The notes beneath the pieces were generated by a model. It saw only the letters and a list, made by a program, of their open reading frames with translations. It had not been told where the DNA came from and made no database searches. Of a stretch of DNA of 32,000 bases, positions 26,666-32,000 are shown in pieces. The position numbers and the translations under genes are program-made. Location: positions 810,001-842,000 of the forward strand of contig NZ_CP006867.1 in the NCBI RefSeq assembly GCF_001481685.1, given 5' to 3'. Source of the DNA: Ignicoccus islandicus DSM 13165 (GTDB lineage Archaea; Thermoproteota; Thermoprotei_A; Sulfolobales; Ignicoccaceae). How positions within the stretch are numbered: the first letter of the stretch is position 1; every line of letters starts with the position of its first letter.

Positions 26666-27167
26666 ACGTAGCTCAGCTCCCCATTACCTTACCCCACTCG
26701 ATTCCAAGGACTCAAAGGTTCCCAAACCGCTTTGCTTTCAAAACACTGAAAGTTCGAAGGCGTCCTCGGAAGAAACACTCGAATCTAGCTTAAAGGGTCT
26801 TTGAGCCTCGCGAATACCGTCGGTCAGGAAACCTTTTTATTAGGACGTGATGATGGAGGGCTTAATTAGACCGTCTTGGATGTTAAGAACCGTTAACGGA
26901 ACGACTCGAGGGTGAATGGTAACCGAGGTCATTACTAAAGAGGTAGGGTGGCAGGAGAATCAGAAGAGAGAGCATATTTCATTAATTAACACGTTGGGGT
27001 CCCATTATCTCCCGCTGCCTTCGTGAGTAGCTTTGAGGTCTTACGTGTATCTTTGAGTTTTCGGCTTCCCTTGACCTCGAAATTTGAACTTCTAGCGAAG
27101 TAATTCGCTACCCTTGCCGAGCTTATTTTCGGATAGATAAAGCCGGAGGTGGGGGAGCTTGTTTAGG

Positions 27168-27216
27168 TGGAGCCGCCGCCGGGATTCGAACCCGGGACCT
27201 CCGCCTTACCAGGGCG
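27168..27216 (-). repeat. attR-like direct repeat inside the intact tRNA-Thr gene
   Basis: This is the partner of 22205-22252. It spans the CCA end, the acceptor 3' strand, the T arm, the variable loop, the anticodon loop and part of the anticodon stem. Confidence 0.9.
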
Positions 27217-27244
27217 GCGCTCCACCAGGCTGAGCTACGGCGGC
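27168..27244 (-). tRNA. tRNA-Thr (anticodon GGU), CCA encoded
   Basis: I folded the cloverleaf by hand. The acceptor stem is GCCGCCG/CGGCGGC and the D stem GCTC/GAGC. The anticodon stem is CCGCC/GGCGG with loop CTGGTAA. The T arm is CCGGG-TTCGAAT-CCCGG. The discriminator is U, followed by CCA. Confidence 0.95.
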
Positions 27245-27271
27245 GCGCTCAAGGAATTCGACCCCACGTCC

Positions 27272-27280
27272 ATTTAAAAA
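27272..27280 (-). promoter_or_regulatory. Candidate TATA box for tRNA-Thr
   Basis: The minus-sense sequence TTTTTAAAT is centred about 32 nt upstream of the tRNA 5' end. It has the same box type and spacing as at tRNA-Ile. Confidence 0.45.
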
Positions 27281-27402
27281 CGTTTTGATTGCGTGTGAAG
27301 TAGGTGATGAGGAACCGTGTTTCAGCCGAACGGTGAAGAAGTCGGTCGTGCACCGAGCTTTCAAAATAACCTCTCCAGGTTGTGTGACGGGACGTAAAGA
27401 CC

Positions 27403-28512
27403 ATGAGGAAAGGTTTGTTGGTAGTAACCTTCTTAGGCGTAGTAGCCGGCATGACCCTCAGAACTGCCAGTGCCTTCAAAGAGGTTCAAAGCGGTTGGAC
27501 CTTCATGGCGAGCTTAGCGATAGGATTTTCCGTAGGTAGAGCATTAGTTTCTTTCGTATCTAGTAAGGCCGCTAATAAGTATGGAAGTAAAGTAACCGCG
27601 TTGGGATTCCTCGCCCTAGCTTTCATTGGCCTAGCCTATGCCTTAGGTCCGGTCGAACTCTATCCATTACTTAGGGTACTTCACGGATTCTCCTCGGGCA
27701 TAACTTGGCCGTCTATGCAATCCGTAGTTATGGGTACAGCTAGTAAAGAGGAGCGCGCCAAGGTTTCCTCGCTGTACTTCTTCATTGGTACTATAGGTAT
27801 GAGCTTCGCCTATCTAATAGGAGGTGTCCTTAGTAGGGAATCGCTCCTAGTCTTTCCGTTAATACTTATAGGTCTATCAATATATCTATTTAGGGAATCT
27901 ATAAAAATAGAATTATCTAAGATCAAATCGGAAAAAGGCCTATTCAACCCACCTTCTTCGACGCTTTTCCTTATGGCAATGGCAACGGGTATGCTCAACT
28001 TGTTGGTCAATAGCGAAGTAACCATCTCCCTACTTTACTTAATGTTCGGCAAGATCATGGCTGGAATCTTCTTGTCGTTGGCTTCCGCCATAGGTAGCGT
28101 TGTAAGTTACTTCCTAGGACGTAAGATGTTGGATCTCAAGCAATCCCCAGCTTCAATTGTAGTACCGGCCACTGCATCAATAGCTTCTTCCCAACCTCTA
28201 TTAATAGTCCATGACCCATACGCGAAAGTTGCGTCGATAGCCCTTACTCAAGGAACGATAACTTGGTGGAGGGGCTTACTCGTGGCAGCCGCGAGGAGCG
28301 GTGACGTCGGCGCTAGGATAGGCCTAGTTAACATGGGAAGGGACTTGGGCAACGTAATTGCTGGCTTAATAGTAAGCGCGATCGGTCAGCCAGGCTTCGC
28401 GTTCGCTCTAGGCGTTAGCTACGTAGTTACGACCCTTTCAATGGTTCCCCTACTTTCCTTAAAACGGTCCAACAATTCTCGATCAAGTTATATAAATCTG
28501 CAAGATGCATGA
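27403..28512 (+). CDS. MFS-type membrane transporter (paralog of 1912-3009)
   Basis: The 369-aa hydrophobic protein is collinear with the 365-aa ORF at 1912, with many identical blocks. Its stop overlaps the ATG at 28509 (ATGA). Confidence 0.8.
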   Translation: MRKGLLVVTFLGVVAGMTLRTASAFKEVQSGWTFMASLAIGFSVGRALVSFVSSKAANKYGSKVTALGFLALAFIGLAYALGPVELYPLLRVLHGFSSGITWPSMQSVVMGTASKEERAKVSSLYFFIGTIGMSFAYLIGGVLSRESLLVFPLILIGLSIYLFRESIKIELSKIKSEKGLFNPPSSTLFLMAMATGMLNLLVNSEVTISLLYLMFGKIMAGIFLSLASAIGSVVSYFLGRKMLDLKQSPASIVVPATASIASSQPLLIVHDPYAKVASIALTQGTITWWRGLLVAAARSGDVGARIGLVNMGRDLGNVIAGLIVSAIGQPGFAFALGVSYVVTTLSMVPLLSLKRSNNSRSSYINLQDA

Positions 28513-30497
28513 GATCTGGAGAGTGTACCATGGGACTAAAGGCAGCGCTTTTTCCAGACAGAATGTATAAAGTGCGAGCAATGGTCATTAAAGAGAAAGC
28601 TGACAAGCTAGTTGAACTGCTAGGCGAACTCCAAAGCTTCGAACCCGCCGAACCCAAGGTACCTTTCGGCAGACCCATTGAATGGGCGCGCCACGATTTG
28701 CTCGTAATCTTGGACCATTTGAACAAGTTCGAGCAATACCTAGAGTACTTCGAACTCAGCATCTTCCCCGAACCCGAGCAAGTATACAAGTTCAAGAGCT
28801 GGAAGGAGGCTTCCGAGGAAGCTATTAGAAAGGCTAAGGAAGTGGAAAAGGAGTTCGAAGAGAGATTAAGTAAGATTAAAGAAATAGAAGGCAAGATCTT
28901 CGAACTCAGCGCGCTCCTAAGCAAGCCCCAGTTGGTACCGGGCGAGGCCGTGAAGAAGTTAAAGGAAATAGTAGGCGATATGGTAGTTGAGAGACTCCCC
29001 GCGGAATTACAGACGGACTTAGTGGTCCTAGACGCTACTGCCAAGGAACTCTTGAAATTAACAGAGGAATTCGTGAGGAAGCTCGCTCTCAAGCTAATGA
29101 AGGTGCTCGAAGAGGAGAAGAGAGGGATTTTCGAAGAAGCCAGGCTTTGGGCTTTGGACAACGAAGGCAAGATCGCCGATACCTACGCTCTGTTGAAAAC
29201 CGTTGAATCCTCATTAAAGGTGCTATCTAAAGCTAGAGAAACGGAGTACGTTATCTATATAGAGGGATACGTTCCCGAAAGTAAAGTAGCTAGGACCTTG
29301 AGGAGAATCGAGGAGCTAATAGGCGAGGGAGGCTTCGCATTAGTACACCAAGTCGACCTAGACGAAGAAACCCCTCCGACTTACGTCAACATCGAGAACG
29401 ATAAAGTTGAAACTGCACTAAAGGTAGGTAACATATACGGTGCCCCCCATCCCAATGAGTTCGTACCAGCTGTAATAATGGCCTTTACTTTGCCGTTCAT
29501 TTACATGTTCATGTTCCCGGACTGGGGTCACGCGTTAGTTTTGTACCTCTTCGGCTGGGGCCTGATTAATAGGAGAGAATGGGCTCTAGCGGTCTTTAAG
29601 CCCTTCGGCTTGAGGAGATTTACCGAAGGCACTGATTTCCTAGGTAAACTAATGATCATACTCGGAAGCGCGTCTATAATTACTGGTTGGCTTGCCGGCG
29701 AGTTCTTCGGGCCTCTAATAGGAGAGAGCCCCATAGATCCAGCTATATGGCTCTGGAAGGGATTAGGTCTACACTCCCCACCGCTCACTTTCGAGATACA
29801 CTACTTGGGCGACACCGTACTCAAGTACGTACTGCTGAGCATAACTATTGGTTACTTCCATCTACTAATAGGTCACCTAATAGGAATAATCAACGAACTT
29901 AGGTTCGGTAGAAAGTGGAAGGCGTACCATTACGTACTACCGTTCATGATAATGTACTTGGCAGCTGGAGCCCCCTTCGTTGCTGGCTTCTTCGCCAGCG
30001 GACTCGGTAGCGACATCGAGCAAATGATGTACTTAAGCGGTAAGTTCTTCAGCGAATGGATGTTTGACATGAAGGCAGGGACCATAGGGCCTCTGCTAGT
30101 AGTCTTCATCCTTGCTCTACTATGGAGAGGATACGGTATTCACTTAGAGCTCGTTCACGAGCACGGAAAGAGCGAAGCGTCGATACTCGGTATGGAGCTG
30201 TTCGATAACTTCCTGCTAGTAATCAGTAACACAGTGTCTTACCTCAGGATTATGGCGCTCGCACTGGCGCACTGGGGTCTAGTCTTCGCCTTCCAAGTAA
30301 TCGGTGAGATAGGAGGTCCAGTGCTCCTAGCAATACTATACGTGCTCGCTAACATACTAGTAATAATGTTAGAAGGCCTGATAAGCTTCATCCACGACAT
30401 AAGGCTTCACTTCTACGAATGGTTCACTAAGTTCTATAATGACAGAGGGAGGATGTTCGAACCAGTTAAACAAGTAGCTAGAGTAAGAATAGAGTAA
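28509..30497 (+). CDS. atpI: A/V-type ATP synthase subunit I (membrane stator/proton channel subunit a)
   Basis: The N-terminal half of about 300 aa is a soluble coiled-coil region beginning PDRMYKVRAMV. The C-terminal half has multiple TM helices with the conserved LRLHFYEWF / SYLRIMALALAH region, which contains the essential Arg context. An alternative start is ATG 28530. Confidence 0.9.
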   Translation: MRSGECTMGLKAALFPDRMYKVRAMVIKEKADKLVELLGELQSFEPAEPKVPFGRPIEWARHDLLVILDHLNKFEQYLEYFELSIFPEPEQVYKFKSWKEASEEAIRKAKEVEKEFEERLSKIKEIEGKIFELSALLSKPQLVPGEAVKKLKEIVGDMVVERLPAELQTDLVVLDATAKELLKLTEEFVRKLALKLMKVLEEEKRGIFEEARLWALDNEGKIADTYALLKTVESSLKVLSKARETEYVIYIEGYVPESKVARTLRRIEELIGEGGFALVHQVDLDEETPPTYVNIENDKVETALKVGNIYGAPHPNEFVPAVIMAFTLPFIYMFMFPDWGHALVLYLFGWGLINRREWALAVFKPFGLRRFTEGTDFLGKLMIILGSASIITGWLAGEFFGPLIGESPIDPAIWLWKGLGLHSPPLTFEIHYLGDTVLKYVLLSITIGYFHLLIGHLIGIINELRFGRKWKAYHYVLPFMIMYLAAGAPFVAGFFASGLGSDIEQMMYLSGKFFSEWMFDMKAGTIGPLLVVFILALLWRGYGIHLELVHEHGKSEASILGMELFDNFLLVISNTVSYLRIMALALAHWGLVFAFQVIGEIGGPVLLAILYVLANILVIMLEGLISFIHDIRLHFYEWFTKFYNDRGRMFEPVKQVARVRIE

Positions 30498-30504
30498 TTT
30501 TTTT
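30498..30504 (+). terminator. Oligo-T tract (archaeal intrinsic terminator signal)
   Basis: A T7 run follows the TAA stop of atpI directly. Confidence 0.45.
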
Positions 30505-30586
30505 CCACACATTTAACTATACTGCTTTATGTAACAAATACAAATATATACTCGATATTCTCCCTCATTTCGCTGGGTTTAGTAGG

Positions 30587-31720
30587 TTGGTAATCAAGCC
30601 TGGGAAATACTTCGAAAGCGGTGCTTGGGCGGCCGCAATGGGCGCCTTAGTAGCGGGCGCCAACTTCTTTGCTTACTATCCAATAGAACCGGCGACTGAC
30701 ATTGCGGAGGAAATGGTCAAGCTCGGACCAAGGAACGGTATGGTTATCTTTGAAGCGGAGGACGAAATTTCGGCCTTAGGTGCTGCGATAGGCGCTTCTT
30801 GGGCTGGAGCGAAGGCTTTCACCTCAACCAGCGGACCCGGTTTCAGTTTGATGCAAGAGCACATTTCCTATGCTGCAATGACCGAGACTCCAGTTGTTCT
30901 AATTAATGGAATGAGAGAGGGCCCTAGCACTGGTCAAGCGACTAAAGCTGCACAGCAAGACGTCATGCAGGCTAAGTGGGGAGGACACGGAGACTACGAG
31001 GTAATCGTTTACGCTCCTTACAACGTCCAAGAGATGTTCGATTTCACGATAAAGGCCTTCAACCAAGCGGAAAGGTGGAGAGTACCTGCAATGGTAATGG
31101 CGGACAAGATGACAGTTCTCCTTATGGAAGAAATTACCATACCGAGGGAGGTCGAAATAGTTAATAGAAAGAGGCCTAAGGTCCCTCCGGAACAGTTCGA
31201 ACCCTTTAGACCGGAAGAGGACCTCGTCCCGCCAATGCCCGTCTTTGGCGAAGGCTATAGAGTTCACGTAACTGGCGTCACCCATAACGAAAAGGGCCTT
31301 CCAGTAAGCGACGATCCTTGGGTTCACCACGAACTAGTTAAGAGGCTCTGCGATAAGATAAGGAAGAACAGGGATCAGATAGTTGAATACGAACTAGTAG
31401 GTTCGAACGTACCCGAAGTACTCATAGTAGCCTATGGATTCCCCGCTAGGGCCGCTAAGGAAGCGGTGAACATCCTCCTAGATAGAGGAATACCTGCTGC
31501 CCTATTCAGACCTAAGACGCTATGGCCGTTCCCAGACAAGGAGTTAAAGTCGGTAGCCAGCAAGGCGAGGAAGGTAATAGTTGTAGAATGGAACTACGGG
31601 CAAATGTTAAACGAAGTTTTGAAGGTTGTACCTGAAGAGAAGGTAAGTTTCGTTTATAGGATTGGTGAAATACCCATACCTCCTCAAGATATCCTTCGCG
31701 AAGGAGGTGTTTACATATGA
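30587..31720 (+). CDS. korA: 2-oxoacid:ferredoxin oxidoreductase alpha subunit
   Basis: The 377-aa ORF has the YYPIEPATDIAEEM N-terminal motif typical of the KorA/PorA family. It has a TTG start, and its stop overlaps the beta-subunit ATG (ATGA). Substrate specificity cannot be determined from the sequence. Confidence 0.85.
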   Translation: MVIKPGKYFESGAWAAAMGALVAGANFFAYYPIEPATDIAEEMVKLGPRNGMVIFEAEDEISALGAAIGASWAGAKAFTSTSGPGFSLMQEHISYAAMTETPVVLINGMREGPSTGQATKAAQQDVMQAKWGGHGDYEVIVYAPYNVQEMFDFTIKAFNQAERWRVPAMVMADKMTVLLMEEITIPREVEIVNRKRPKVPPEQFEPFRPEEDLVPPMPVFGEGYRVHVTGVTHNEKGLPVSDDPWVHHELVKRLCDKIRKNRDQIVEYELVGSNVPEVLIVAYGFPARAAKEAVNILLDRGIPAALFRPKTLWPFPDKELKSVASKARKVIVVEWNYGQMLNEVLKVVPEEKVSFVYRIGEIPIPPQDILREGGVYI

Positions 31721-32000
31721 GCCTTGAAGAAGCTAGGAGGAAGTTAACTCAAATGCCCCAAATGGAGCTCGCCAGGGCAGAGGCCTTACCTCACACCCTC
31801 TGTCCCGGGTGTGGAATAGGGACTATATTGAACACGTTCATTAGAGCCATGGACGAACTAGCGAAAGAGGGTAAACTAGATCCAAACAAGCTAGTCGTAG
31901 TATCCGGAATAGGGTGCTCTGGCAGAATAAGTGGCTTCATTAAGGCGGATTCAATGCACACCACCCATGGAAGGCCAATTGCTTTCGCAACCGGTATCAA
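31716..32000 (+). CDS. korB: 2-oxoacid:ferredoxin oxidoreductase beta subunit (TPP-binding), 5' partial
   Basis: The frame is open from ATG 31716 to the window end. It translates as MSLEEARRKL...HTLCPGCGIGTILN...VSGIGCSGR, the CPGCG and GIGCS motifs of beta subunits. It is absent from the ORF track because no stop falls inside the window. Confidence 0.85.

Larger units (their letters stand above)
22253..27167. mobile_element. Integrase-less integrated-element remnant at tRNA-Thr (about 4.9 kb genomic island)
   Basis: The island is bounded by the tRNA 3'-half direct repeat. It is visibly AT-richer than its flanks on hand-sampled lines. Its cargo is non-housekeeping: a DNA methyltransferase, an unknown 452-aa protein, decayed DNA and a duplicated host-gene fragment. 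Confidence 0.75.

Noticed and set aside
26667-26682. CGTAGCTCAGC on the plus strand resembles the acceptor/D-arm junction of a tRNA. It sits exactly where homology to the acyl-CoA synthetase locus ends.
   Set aside because: The match is only about 11 nt and no cloverleaf can be built around it. It partly aligns with the diverged upstream sequence of the full-length gene (CTTCGTATAGCGTCGCG), so chance or weak residual homology is more likely.
26848-26930. GTGATGA at 26848-26854 looked like a C box of an archaeal C/D-box sRNA.
   Set aside because: No CTGA D or D' box lies within the next 70 nt or so, there is no convincing C' box, and there is no terminal pairing.
28427-29170. A 247-aa minus-strand ORF lies antisense to atpI. 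Similar antisense ORFs lie in gatE (9146-9826), ppsA (17313-18266), the MFS gene (19974-20432) and the methyltransferase (22430-23110).
   Set aside because: They are Ser/Leu-rich antisense shadows of confidently identified genes with no independent support.
1-32000. I looked for CRISPR arrays, IS elements with terminal inverted repeats, rRNA genes, inteins and tRNA introns.
   Set aside because: I saw no regularly spaced repeats, no transposase-like ORFs and no rRNA-like sequence. All housekeeping proteins have normal lengths and both tRNAs fold without introns.

Overview
This is a densely packed archaeal chromosomal segment, probably from a thermophilic crenarchaeon (Thermoproteota-like); I cannot name a species. 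The assignment rests on a thermosome, GatE, an archaeal proteasome beta subunit, A/V-ATPase subunit I, A/T-box promoters about 30 nt upstream of genes, and oligo-T terminators. Most of the window is housekeeping: psmB and hypA, ilvC, a thermosome subunit, an SQR-like flavoprotein, gatE, carA/carB, argF, ppsA, an acyl-CoA synthetase, three MFS transporters (two are clear paralogs), atpI, 2-oxoacid:ferredoxin oxidoreductase alpha/beta, tRNA-Ile(GAU) and tRNA-Thr(GGU). The outlier is an AT-rich island of about 4.9 kb (about 22253-27167) inserted at tRNA-Thr. It is bounded by a direct repeat of about 48 bp that copies the tRNA 3' half, and it has no recognisable integrase. The island carries an SPPY-motif DNA methyltransferase followed 8 bp later by an intact 452-aa protein I cannot assign to any family. 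I read this pair as a candidate restriction or defence effector, and it is the best candidate for an undescribed system. The island also holds about 1.4 kb of gene-poor decayed DNA, a frameshifted duplicate of the 5' end of the neighbouring acyl-CoA synthetase gene, and a 0.5 kb ORF-free stretch with a clustered heptamer. All calls come from reading the sequence and ORF translations by eye; no database search was possible.
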